From Callorhinchus milii (Eukaryota), in assembly GCF_018977255.1 (NCBI RefSeq), contig NW_024705391.1, positions 1 to 49,104 of the forward strand: DNA of 49,104 nucleotides. The letters are read 5' to 3'. The position numbers and the translations under genes are program-made. This document shows, piece by piece, positions 11,601 through 23,636 of this stretch (within the stretch, counting starts at the first letter, position 1; every line of letters starts with the position of its first letter). The notes beneath the pieces were generated by a model. It was given only the letters and a program-made list of their open reading frames with translations, had not been told where the DNA came from and ran no database searches.

Positions 11601-13533
11601 GATCTCTACCACGCCCACCAGCAAAGGTTATGTGGAGGAAGGTCTATGATCAGAGGTAGGTCATTAAGGTACTATAGCAGTACGTAGAGCCAGAGTATAT
11701 AATCGCTTGCGGGGACAGTTCCGGTGATGACTGGGCCTCACGCTCTCGAGGGGATGACCCACGCCAGTGCGCGTTAACAAGATCAATCGCTAGTGAACAA
11801 CCCGGCAATCAACCGTACCGAATAGGATACATAAGCCTTGCCCCGTTTGCATTTACGTGCCAGAACCTACAGTTGCCTTCGTACGTAGTTGCTTGCCAGG
11901 AGGGGCAACAAATAAGAGCGTCACCACTTCCTGTCCGACCCTACAGTTCATCCCTACATGTCAAAACTGTTTATACGGTACACGATGATATCAAAGTCGC
12001 GTGTAATACCCAGACTTCACTGCGTCAATGCTGGTAAACGGTCTAGCTACCCTTATATAGGATTCGAATGCCCGATTTGGGTCGATTCACACTGTAGGCG
12101 GGGTTTTATCGCTTTTACTCCGTAAAGCCACTCGAAGGCGAGATTGCCAGCGACCGGTATCTCGAGAGGCTGGACAAAACAAACCCCGCTTAGGCTGCAC
12201 CAGGTCCTGAGCTGTCGTTCATTTGCACTACGACGTGCCTAAGGTGGTGTAATCATATATAAAAGGTTGTTGTGGTACTAGTGAATCTTTCAGTAACGAG
12301 GTGTGAGTGAAGTTCCCATTTCGACAACCTCGTGTGAAGCAATGCAGCTCCGATAAGCGTCTGTTCGACAGAATCAATACTAGTGTCTGAGGGGACCCTG
12401 TGTGATCCTCAACGTCCGAGGATTACACAAGCCTTGTTTGTCCTTTGGCAATGCTCGTAGGGCCCCGGGTCCAGAACCGGGTCAGAAGGTCGGGTGCGGA
12501 ATTACTGGATATTCCTCCATCTCGTTGTTTGGGTTCCATACCATCGGGGGTGATCCCCAGCATTATACCGGTTATAGTGTTGAGCGCCTCAACAGTGTCG
12601 CGCCTCAAGGCGCCCAACTGAGCCATCCAGAGCCTGAACAACGCCGCGTCTCCCTCACCATGGGCGCTCCAACGATGGCTATCCTCCTTGCTACCCGAGT
12701 CATTCTTGTTCGGATCTGGTACGCTGTAACACATCGGAGGCAATCTTCCAGCTAGTATTGCTGTCCTAGTGTATTGCGGACCGCAGTTCTGGATGATACG
12801 AACCTTACAACATTGTTTTGTAGCCATCTTGTTTAGAGCGCAGAACTGTAGAAGGAATCTGCTAGATTGCGGTTAAGCATAAAGACCAAGCGTGTCTTGG
12901 GGTTTACGTCACCCTCAGTGGATATAGCGGCGCGTTGATGTAGATAAGGAGAACCAAGCTGTTATACCTTAAGTTCGTAGTGGGAAATCGTCTGAGATTA
13001 TCCAAGGGATACGAAGAGCAAGGCCTTCTTCGAATAATGTCGCGAAAGGGTGTGACACTAAGGGAATCGTTATTAGGAGCATACGTGGGCCAGAAGTACA
13101 AGAGCGGATTAGTCTCCATTGAGCCGTCTCGGGTGGCAGCCGGTGTCACTTGGGAGTCAGTCGGCGCGCCCGCTGGTCTCTCAAGAGGAAAAGAATAATA
13201 GCTGCGGTAGACCTCTAACAAGATACCCGACAGGAGCCGAACTCTTGCTGTTCATTGCCGCCTTGTATAACATCGTTCGATGCAGAGGACGCTGTTTCGG
13301 GATTCGGTAGCTGGGAGTCAGCCCAGACTAGGTTTACCTTTATACGAATGTCTCGGAAATCCTAGTGTGTTTCATAGGCCATATCCCGTATTTCCGCCTG
13401 ATGGATGTTCCCATCGACACGGACATAGTCTTAAGTTCCGAAGTCTCCGGTTTATGGGGGGCTCGTCGGAGATGAAGCTCGTTTCGTTAGCCCGGGTACT
13501 GAACAGGACACATAGGGCGCTGGTAGTCTCTCT
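8625..13533. other. 4909-bp random-looking non-repetitive block; probable placeholder, synthetic or gap-fill artefact
   Basis: Roughly even base use, abundant CpG/TA/CTAG, no microsatellites or A/T tracts, ORFs only chance-length (max 134 aa), abuts an N run, and abruptly replaces satellite. Confidence 0.8.
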
Positions 13534-13877
13534 GCTAAATACAATAGAGGAATGAACTATTGTCCAAAAATGAAGCTGTGAAAGTTCGGCCACTATTGGC
13601 CAAAAACGGCCTAGATTAGTATGCCGATTTTCTTTTTTTACTTGAAAATTTCACGGTGAAATTTCCAACTTTTTTACGTAATATATCGGATATATAAGGC
13701 TAAACAACCCCGAGGATTGCACTTTTGTTGAAAAAGAAAGCTGTAAAAATTTGGCCAACATTGGCCAAAAACGGCATAGGTTAGTATGCCTCATTTAAAC
13801 AAAAGGGAGGAATTCACTTTTCTTGGAAAATGTAGCTATGAAAATTTGGATGATTTTGGCATAAAACTGCATAGGTG

Positions 13878-14068
13878 CCCTAATCCTTACTACCCCTACC
13901 CTAACCCTTAGCCCTATCCCTAACCCCTAAACCCTAGCCTCTAACCCTAAACTTAACCCCTAACCCTACCCTAAACCCATAACCATAACTCTAACCCACA
14001 CCCTAACCATAACCCTAACCCGTAACCCTAATTCTAACCCTAACCTAATTCCTAAACCTAATCCCAAA
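13878..14068. repeat. Degenerate (CCCTAA)n tract, copy 3
   Basis: Same variant order as 99-286. Confidence 0.9.
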
Positions 14069-14072
14069 CTTT

Positions 14073-14395
14073 CGATTTAAAGCTTTCGTGACTGCAGGGA
14101 TTCATCGTCTTGGTTCTTTCGGTAAAGTCACGTAGAAGGGAAATAATAAAATAATACAAATAAAACATAAAACAATTCTCACGACGTTTCGGCCACAACT
14201 CAAGCAGCCGTCCTCAGGTGAAACCAGGTCTGTCGAGGCGACAGCGTCTGAATGACGTCTGAATGACGTCTGAATGACGCTGTCGCCGGCTGCTTGCTGT
14301 TGTGGCCGAAACGTCGTGAGAATTATTTATTATGTTTTATTTTTATTATTTTATTACTTCCCTTCTACGTGATGACTTTACCGAAAGAACCAAGA
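14073..14395 (-). mobile_element. PLE pseudo-LTR inverted pair, copy 3
   Basis: Homologous to 291-611. Confidence 0.72.
14178..14222 (-). ncRNA. Minimal hammerhead ribozyme, copy 3
   Basis: Identical to 394-438. Confidence 0.8.
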
Positions 14396-15490
14396 AGACT
14401 AATCCCAACCCCCAATTGATATGCCTTTAAACGTGTCTCAGCGAGATGAGCTGAATTGTATATGGCGCGACTCTGTCGGGTAGAGTCGAAGGGCACACAC
14501 CACTTGCTTGTTGTGTGACTTGTGGAACCGGGGCGGCATTTTGCATTGAAGTCGATGATGGCTGTGATTGTTGACGATTTGAAGCGCACTGTTTGGGAAT
14601 GCAGTGCGTTTCACTATTTCAGCACCGATGTTCACAAAATATGCAACGGTCTAAACGTATGGGACAGCTTGGGATGTCAATGCAGTAGTTTGTTACTTGA
14701 AAATCCGTGAAGAAATAAAGAATTGCAATGCAAATCGGCCGCAGAGTTTAGTTTTTTTTACCCGGCGCTTGACGTGTTACGTGTGCCCTCTAGTGGACAA
14801 GTGCAGTACCACAAGTCAAGATTTACTACCACACGCATTCAATTCGTGGTTACATCTGCTATGTGGTGGACATGTGCAGTGTAGGCCAACACAGTTCGCC
14901 AGCAGTTGCCGCTGTCAGGCGTCACCCCGCGCGTTCCCCGCAGTTGTGAGTCGCTGCTGCTGCTGCGGCGTCCTGGCGTTAGTCCCAAGCGGGTTGGCGG
15001 CGATGAAGCCGTGAAGACGCCGCACAGCGCCACTGCTGCTGTCACCGCGCCAGGCGCTGCAGTGGTACCACGTGACCACACGGTGGCGATACAGCGCCAT
15101 GTTGTATTATATTCATATTCTTAGGTTTTTTCGGTAAAGTCACGTAGGTACAAAATTAATAAAAGTAAAATTAAAATAACTTTTATTAAAAAATTAAAAT
15201 GAATAAAAGTAAAATAAAAATAACTTTTATTAAAAATTAAAAGAATAAAAGTAAAATAAAACTAACTTTTATTATTTTTTTTTCCCTACGTGACTTTACC
15301 GTGATCCAATCGAGCTGACATTTTCCACACAGACTCGTTGTGCGTGACAATTAATGTTCGTGAAAATTTTTTCCAAAATTTTACACTTTCTAGGCAAAAA
15401 AAATATTTTACATTTATTCAAATACACTCATTCATGGCTTGGCTGAACGTCACAGTTTAGGAGCCAGAGCGTGACACCTCCACAGGCCCT

Positions 15491-15563
15491 GGCGGAGTAG
15501 CGCAGTTGGTAGCGCCCTCGCTTCCCATGCCAAAGGTTGCGGGATCGATCCCCGCGTCCTCCA
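15491..15563 (+). pseudogene. tRNA-like unit
   Basis: Same variant as 5008-5080. Confidence 0.8.
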
Positions 15564-16361
15564 CAGTCGAATATATTTTAAATCCTTTATTAAATCCTTT
15601 ATATTAAGTTCGCTTGCTTGCGTGCTTACGACCGTGCAAATCTTCAGGTCGTTTTTAACCCACTTCCCGTGATCCAATCGAGCTGAAATTTTGCACACAG
15701 ACTCGTTGTGCGTGACAATGTTTCGTGAAAATTTTTAATTTTTTTTATACTTTTAGGAACAAAAATATTATATTTAATTACCAATTGCTTAATGCTGCCA
15801 TGCAATCATTTGACCCATAGGTGGCAGCCATCTGAAGCCAGAGGACGATAGGACTCTATCCGCCACGCATATAAAGGATTTATAGTGAAAAACTTTGTTT
15901 TTACGGGTTAATTTTTTTTTTACATGAGATGTTCATGGTGAAATATCCTACTTCTAATGCAATATATAGCATACTAATGCTAAACAAAAGGGAGGAATTA
16001 ACTTTTGTTGATAACGAAAGCTGTAAAAATTTGGCCAATATTGGCAAAAAACGCATAGGTTAGTATGCCGATTTGCTTCTTTTTAAATATTTTATATTAA
16101 GTTCACTTGCTTGCTTGCTTTGGACCGTGTAAATCTTGCGGTCGTTTTTTAACCCATTTCCGGTGATCCAATCGAGCTGACATTTTCCACACAAGACTCG
16201 TTGTGCGTGACAATTAATGTTCGTGAAAAAAAAATTCCAAAAATGTTACACTTTTTTAGGCAAAATTTTTTTATTTTCCATTTATTCAAATAGAACTCAT
16301 TCATGGCTTTGGCTGAACGTCACAGTGTAGGAGCCCAGAGCGTGACACCTCCACAGGCCCT

Positions 16362-16434
16362 GGCGGAGTAGCGCAGTTGGTAGCCTCCTCGCTTCCCATG
16401 CCAAAGGTCGCGGGGTCGATCCCCGCATCCTCCA
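16362..16434 (+). pseudogene. tRNA-like unit
   Basis: Same variant as 5875-5947. Confidence 0.78.
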
Positions 16435-17384
16435 CAGGCGAATATATTTTAATCCTTTATTAAATCCTTTATTAAATCCTTTATTTCAAGTTCGCTTGCT
16501 TGCTTGTGCGCTTACGATCGTGCAAATCTTTCGGTCGTTTTTAAACCCACTTCCCGTGATCCAATCGAGCTGAAATTTTGCACACAGACTCGTTGTGTTT
16601 GACAGTTAATGTTCGTGAAAAATGTTGTCCAAAATGTTACACTTTAATTACCAATTGCTTAATGCCTCCATGCAATCATCTGACCCATAGGTGGCAGCCA
16701 TCTCAAGCCAGAGGACGAGAGGACTCTAGCCGCCACGCATCTAAAGGATTTAGAGTGAAAAACTTTGTTTTTACGGGTTATACTTGTTTACATGGCATGT
16801 TCATGGTGAAATATCCTACTTTTAATGCAATATATAGCATACTAATGCTAAACAAAAGGGAGGAATTAACTTTTGTTGAAAAAGAAAGCTGTAAAAATTT
16901 GGCCAATATTGACCAAAAACGGCATAGGTTAGTATGCCGATTTGCTTCTTTTTTACATGAAATGTTCATGGGTGAAATATCCTAGCTTTTAATGCCAATA
17001 TATTGCCATACTAATGCTAAACAAAAGGGAGGAATTAACTTTTGTTGAAAAAGAAAGCTGTAAAAATTTGGCCAATATTGGCCAAAAAACGGCATAGGTT
17101 AGTATGCCGATTTGCTTCTTTTTAAATATTTTATATTAAGTTCACTTGCTTGCTTGCTTGGACCGTGTAAATCTTGCGGTCGTTTTTTAACCCATTCCGT
17201 GATCCAATCGAGCTGACATTTTCCACAGACTGTTGTGCGTGACAATTAATGTTCGTGAAAAAAAATTCCAAAATTTACACTTTTTAGGCAAAAAAAATAT
17301 TTTACATTTATTCAATAGAACTCATTCAGGCTTTGGCTGAACGTCACAGTTAAGAGCCCAGAGCGTGACATCTCCACAGGCCCT

Positions 17385-17455
17385 GGCGGAGTAGCGCAGT
17401 GGTAGCGCCCTCGCTTCCCATGCCAAAGGTTGCGGGATCGATCCCGCGTCCTCCG
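17385..17455 (+). pseudogene. tRNA-like unit
   Basis: Same variant as 6904-6976 with deletions. Confidence 0.74.
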
Positions 17456-18076
17456 CAGCGAATATATTTTTAAATCCTTTATATTAAGTTCGCTTGCTTG
17501 CTTGTGCGCTTACGACCGTGCAAATCTTTCGGTCGTTTTTTAACCCACTTCCCGTGATCCAATCGAGCTGACATTTTCCACACAGACTCGTTGTGCGTGA
17601 CAATTAATTTCGTGAAAATTTTTTCCAAAATTTTACACTTTTTAGGAAAAAATATTATATTTAATTACCAATTGCTTAATGGTGGCAGGCAATCATCTGA
17701 CCCATAGGTGGCAGCCATCTCAAGCCAGAGGACGAGAGGACTCTAGCCGCCACGCATATAAAGGATTTAGAGTGAAAAACTTTGTTTTTACGGGTTAATT
17801 TTTAAATCCTTTGTATTAAGTTCACTTGCTTGCTTGCTTTGGACCGTGTAAATCTTGCGGTCGTTTTTTAACCCACTTCCGGTGATCCAATCGAGCTGAC
17901 ATTTTCCACACAGACTCGTTGTGCGTGACAATTAATGTTCGTGAAAAAAAAATTCCAAAATTTTACACTTTTTAGGCAAAACATTTTTATTTTCCATTTA
18001 TTCAAATAGAACTCATTCATGGCTTTGGCTGAACGTCACAGTGTAGGAGCCCAGAGCGTGACACCTCCACAGGCCT

Positions 18077-18148
18077 GGCGGAGTAGCGCAGTTGGTAGCG
18101 TCTTGCTTCCCATGCCAAAGGTCGCGGGATCGATCCCCGCATCCTCCA
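18077..18148 (+). pseudogene. tRNA-like unit
   Basis: Same variant as 7623-7695. Confidence 0.76.
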
Positions 18149-19224
18149 CAGGCGAATATATTTTAAATCCTTTATTAAATCCTTTATTTCAAGTTCGCTT
18201 GCTTGCTTGTGCGCTTACGACCGTGCAAATCTTTCGGTCGTTTTTTAACCCACTTCCCGTGATCCAACCGAGCTGAAATTTTGCACACAGACTCGTTGTG
18301 TTTGACAATTAATGTTCGTGAAATTTTTTTTCCAAAATTTTACACTTTAATTACCAATTGCTTAATGCTGCCATGCAATCATCTGACCCATAGGTGGCAG
18401 CCATCTCAAGCCAGAGGACGAGAGGACTCTAGCCGCCACGCATCTAAAGGATTTAGAGTGAAAAACTTTGTTTTTACGGGTTATACTTGTTTACATGACA
18501 TGTTCATGGTGAAATATCCTACTTTTAATGCAATATATAGCATACTAATGCTAAACAAAACAGAGGAATTAACTTTTGTTGAAAAAGAAAGCTGTAAAAA
18601 TTTGGCCAATATTGGCCAAAAACGGCATAGGTTAGTATGCCGATTTTCTTCTTGTGGGACGTAAACATTTCATTGTGAAATTTTCCCCGTTTAATCTAAT
18701 ACATAGCATAATAACGCTAAATACAATAGAGGAATGAACTATTGTCCAAAAATGAAGCTGTGAAAGTTCGGCCACTATTGGCCAAAAACGGCCTAGATTA
18801 GTATGCCGATTTTCTTTTTTTACTTGAAAATTTCATGGTGAAATTTCCAACTTTTTTACGTAATATATCGGATATATAAGGCTAAACAACCCCGAGGATT
18901 GCACTTTTGTTGAAAAAGAAAGCTGTAAAAATTTGGCCAATTGGCCAAAAACGGCATAGGTTAGTATGCCGATTTGCTTCTTTTTTACATGAAATGTTCA
19001 TGGTGAAATATCCTACTTTTTATGCAATATATAGCATACTAATGCTAAACAAAGGGAGGAATTAACTTTTCGTTGAAAAAGAAAGCTGTAAAAATTTGGC
19101 CATATTGGCAAAAAACGGCATAGGTTAGTATGCCGTCATTTAAACAAAAAGGAGGATCACTTTTGGCTTGGAAAATGTAGCTATTGAAAATTTTGGATGA
19201 TTTTGGCATAAAACTGCATAGGTG

Positions 19225-19413
19225 CCCTAATCCTTACTACCCCTACCCTAACCCTTACCCTATCCCTAACCCCTAAACCCTAGCCTCTAACCCTAAACTT
19301 AACCCTAACCCTACCCTAAACCCATAACCATAACTCTAACCCACACCCTAACCATAACCCTAACCCGTAACCCTAATTCTAACCCCTACCTAATTCCTAA
19401 ACCTAATCCCAAA
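19225..19413. repeat. Degenerate (CCCTAA)n tract, copy 4
   Basis: Same variant order as 99-286. Confidence 0.9.
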
Positions 19414-19417
19414 CTTT

Positions 19418-19742
19418 CGATTTAAAGCTTTCGTGACTGCAGGGATTCATCGTCTTGGTTCTTTCGGTAAAGTCACGTAGAAGGGAAATAATAAAATAAT
19501 ACAAATAAAACATAAAACAATTCTCACGACGTTTCGGCCACAACTCAAGCAGCCGTCCTCAGGTGAAAACCAGGTCTGTCGAGGCGACAGCGTCTGAATG
19601 ACGTCTGAATGACGTCTGAATGACGCTGTCGCCGGCTGCTTGCTGTTTGGGCCGAAACGTCGTGAGAATTATTTATTATGTTTTATTTTTTATTATTTTA
19701 TTACTTCCCTTCTACGTGATGACTTTACCGAAAGAACCAAGA
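19418..19742 (-). mobile_element. PLE pseudo-LTR inverted pair, copy 4
   Basis: Homologous to 291-611. Confidence 0.72.
19523..19567 (-). ncRNA. Minimal hammerhead ribozyme, copy 4
   Basis: Identical to 394-438. Confidence 0.8.
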
Positions 19743-20825
19743 AGACTAATCCCAACCCCCAATTGATATGCCTTAAACGTGTCTCAGCGAGATGAGCTGA
19801 ATTGTATATGGCGCGACTCTGTCGGGTAGAGTCGAAGGGCACACACCACTTGCTTGTTGTGTGACTTGTGGAACCGGGGCGGCATTTTGCATTGAAGTCG
19901 ATGATGGCTGTGATTGTTGACGATTTGAAGCGCACTGTTTGGGAATGCAGTGCGTTTCACTATTTCAGCACCGATGTTCACAAATATGCAACGGTCTAAA
20001 CGTATGGGACAGCTTGGGATGTCAATGCAGTAGTTTGTTACTTGAAAATCCGTGAAGAAATAAAGAATTGCAATGCAAATCGGCCGCAGAGTTTAGTTTT
20101 TTTTTCCGGCGCTTGACGTGTTACGTGTGCCCTCTAGTGGACAAGTGCAGTACCACAAGCATTCAATTCGTGGTTACATCTGCTATGTGGTGGACATGTG
20201 CAGTGTAGGCCAACACAGTTCGCCAGCAGTTGCCGCTGTCAGGCGTCACCCCGCGCGTTCCCCGCAGTTGTGAGTCGCTGCTGCTGCTGCGGCGTCCTGG
20301 CGTTAGTCCCAAGCGGGTTGGCGGCGATGAAGCCGTGAAGACGCCGCACAGCGCCACTGCTGCTGTCACCGCGCCAGGCGCTGCAGTGGTACCACGTGAC
20401 CACACGGTGGCGATACAGCGCCATGTTGTATTATATTCATATTCTTAGGTTTTTTCGGTAAAGTCACGTAGGTACAAAATTAATAAAAGTAAAATTAAAA
20501 TAACTTTTATTAAAAAATTAAAATGAATAAAAGTAAAATAAAAATAACTTTTATTAAAAAATTAAAATGAATAAAAGTAAAATAAAACTAACTTTTATTA
20601 TTTTTTTTTCCCTACGTGACTTTACCGTGATCCAATCGAGCTGACATTTTCCACACAGACTCGTTGTGCGTGACAATTAATGTTCGTGAAAAAAAAATTT
20701 TTTCCAAAATTTTACACTTTCTAGGCAAAAAAAAATATTTTACATTTATTCAAATACAACTCATTCATGGCTTTGGCTGAACGTCACAGTTTAGGAGCCC
20801 AGAGCGTGACACCTCCACAGGCCCT

Positions 20826-20898
20826 GGCGGAGTAGCGCAGTTGGTAGCGCCCTCGCTTCCCATGCCAAAGGTTGCGGGATCGATCCCCGCGTCCTCCA
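20826..20898 (+). pseudogene. tRNA-like unit
   Basis: Same variant as 5008-5080. Confidence 0.8.
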
Positions 20899-21692
20899 CA
20901 GTCGAATATATTTTAAATCCTTTATTAAATCCTTTATATTAAGTTTCGCTTGCTTGCGCGCTTACGACCGTGCAAATCTTCAGGTCGTTTTTTAACCCAC
21001 TTCCCGTGATCCAATCGAGCTGAAATTTTGCACACAGACTCGTTGTGCGTGACAATGTTCGTGAAATTTTTAATTTTTTTATACTTTTTAGGACAAAAAT
21101 ATTATATTTAATTACCAATTGCTTAATGCTGCCATGCAATCATTTGACCCATAGGTGGCAGCCATCTGAAGCCAGAGGACGATAGGACTCTATCCGCCAC
21201 GCATATAAAGGATTTATAGTGAAAAACTTTGTTTTTACGGGTTAATTTTTTTTTTACATGAGATGTTCATGGTGAAATATCCTACTTCTAATGCAATATA
21301 TAGCATACTAATGCTAAACAAAAGGGAGGAATTAACTTTTGTTGATAACGAAAGCTGTAAAAATTTGGCCAATATTGGCCAAAAACGGCATAGGTTAGTA
21401 TGCCGATTTGCTTCTTTTTAAATATTTTATATTAAGTTCACTTGCTTGCTTGCTTTGGACCGTGTAAATCTTGCGGTCGTTTTTTAACCATTTCCGGTGA
21501 TCCAATCGAGCTGACATTTTCCACACAGACTCGTTGTGCGTGACAATTAATGTTCGTGAAAAAAAAATTCCAAAATGTTACACTTTTTAGGCAAAATTTT
21601 TTTATTTTCCATTTATTCAAATAGAACTCATTCATGGCTTTGGCTGAACGTCACAGTGTAGGAGCCCAGAGCGTGACACCTCCACAGGCCCT

Positions 21693-21765
21693 GGCGGAGT
21701 AGCGCAGTTGGTAGCCTCCTCGCTTCCCATGCCAAAGGTCGCGGGGTCGATCCCCGCATCCTCCA
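21693..21765 (+). pseudogene. tRNA-like unit
   Basis: Same variant as 5875-5947. Confidence 0.78.
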
Positions 21766-22873
21766 CAGGCGAATATATTTTAAATCCTTTATTAAATCCT
21801 TTATTAAATCCTTTATTTCAAGTTCGCTTGCTTGCTTGTGCGCTTACGATCGTGCAAATCTTTCGGTCGTTTTTAAACCCACTTCCCGTGATCCAATCGA
21901 GCTGAAATTTTGCACACAGACTCGTTGTGTTTGACAGTTAATGTTCGTGAAAAATGTTGTCCAAAATGTTACACTTTAATTACCAATTGCTTAATGCCTC
22001 CATGCAATCATCTGACCCATAGGTGGCAGCCATCTCAAGCCAGAGGACGAGAGGACTCTAGCCGCCACGCATCTAAAGGATTTAGAGTGAAAAACTTTGT
22101 TTTTACGGGTTATACTTGTTTACATGGCATGTTCATGGTGAAATATCCTACTTTTAATGCAATATATAGCATACTAATGCTAAACAAAAGGGAGGAATTA
22201 ACTTTTGTTGAAAAAGAAAGCTGTAAAAATTTGGCCAATATTGACCAAAAACGGCATAGGTTAGTATGCCGATTTGCTTCTTTTTTACATGAAATGTTCA
22301 TGGTGAAATATCCTACTTTTAATGCAATATATTGCATACTAATGCTAAACAAAAGGGAGGAATTAACTTTGTTGAAAAAGAAAGCTGTAAAAATTTGGCC
22401 ATATTGGCCAAAAACGGCATAGGTTAGTATGCCGATTTGCTTTTTTTTACTTGAAATTTCATGGTGAAATTTCCAACTTTTAACAATATATATAATAAAG
22501 CAAACAACGAGGAATTGCACTTTTGTTGAAAAAGAAAGCTGTAAAAATTTGGCCAATATTGGCCAAAAACGGCATAGGTTAGTATGCCGATTTGCTTCTT
22601 TTTAATATTTTATATTAAGTTCACTTGCTTGCTTGCTTTGGACCGTGTAAATCTTGCGGTCGTTTTTTAACCCATTTCCCGTGATCCAATCGAGCTGACA
22701 TTTTCCACACAGACTTGTTGTGCGTGACAATTAATGTTCGTGAAAAAAATTCCAAAATGTTACACTTTTTAGGCAAAAAAAAATATTTTACATTTATTCA
22801 AATAGAACTCATTCAAGGCTTTGGCTGAACGTCACAGTTTAAGAGCCCAGAGCGTGACATCTCCACAGGCCCT

Positions 22874-22946
22874 GGCGGAGTAGCGCAGTTGGTAGCGCCC
22901 TCGCTTCCCATGCCAAAGGTTGCGGGATCGATCCCCGCGTCCTCCG
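22874..22946 (+). pseudogene. tRNA-like unit
   Basis: Same variant as 6904-6976. Confidence 0.78.
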
Positions 22947-23563
22947 CAGTCGAATATATTTTTAAATCCTTTATTTAAGTTCGCTTGCTTGCTTGTGCGC
23001 TTACGACCGTGCAAATCTTTCGGTCGTTTTTTAACCCACTTCCCGTGATCCAATCGAGCTGACATTTTCCACACAGACTCGTTGTGCGTGACAATTAATT
23101 TTCGTGAAATTTTTTCCAAAATTTTACACTTTTTAGGAAAAATAATATATTTAATTACCAATTGCTTAATGGTGGCAGGCAATCATCTGACCCATAGGTG
23201 GCAGCCATCTCAAGCCAGAGGACGAGAGGACTCTAGCCGCCACGCATATAAAGGATTTAGAGTGAAAAACTTTGTTTTTACGGGTTAATTTTTAAATCCT
23301 TTGTATTAAGTTCACTTGCTTGCTTGCTTTGGACCGTGTAAATCTTGCGGTCGTTTTTTAACCCACTTCCGGTGATCCAATCGAGCTGACATTTTCCACA
23401 CAGACTCGTTGTGCGTGACAATTAATGTTCGTGAAAAAAAATTCCAAAATTTTACACTTTTTAGGCAAAATTTTTATTTTCCATTTATTCAAATAGAACT
23501 CATTCATGGCTTTGGCTGAACGTCACAGTGTAGGAGCCCAGAGCGTGACACCTCCACAGGCCT

Positions 23564-23636
23564 GGCGGAGTAGCGCAGTTGGTAGCGTCCTCGCTTCCCA
23601 TGCCAAAGGTCGCGGGATCGATCCCCGCATCCTCCA
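23564..23636 (+). pseudogene. tRNA-like unit
   Basis: 73-nt copy, G10-U25 wobble variant. Confidence 0.8.

Noticed and set aside
8625..13533. Horizontally acquired viral or bacterial island, or hidden array
   Set aside because: No long ORFs, termini or periodic motif; the 9-13-mer matches I noticed (tgggagtcag, atacccgacag, aagggcacacacc) are at chance frequency.
16960..17470. Locally high indel density between repeat copies (also in the first 2.5 kb)
   Set aside because: Mostly single-base homopolymer indels typical of low-coverage long-read consensus error.
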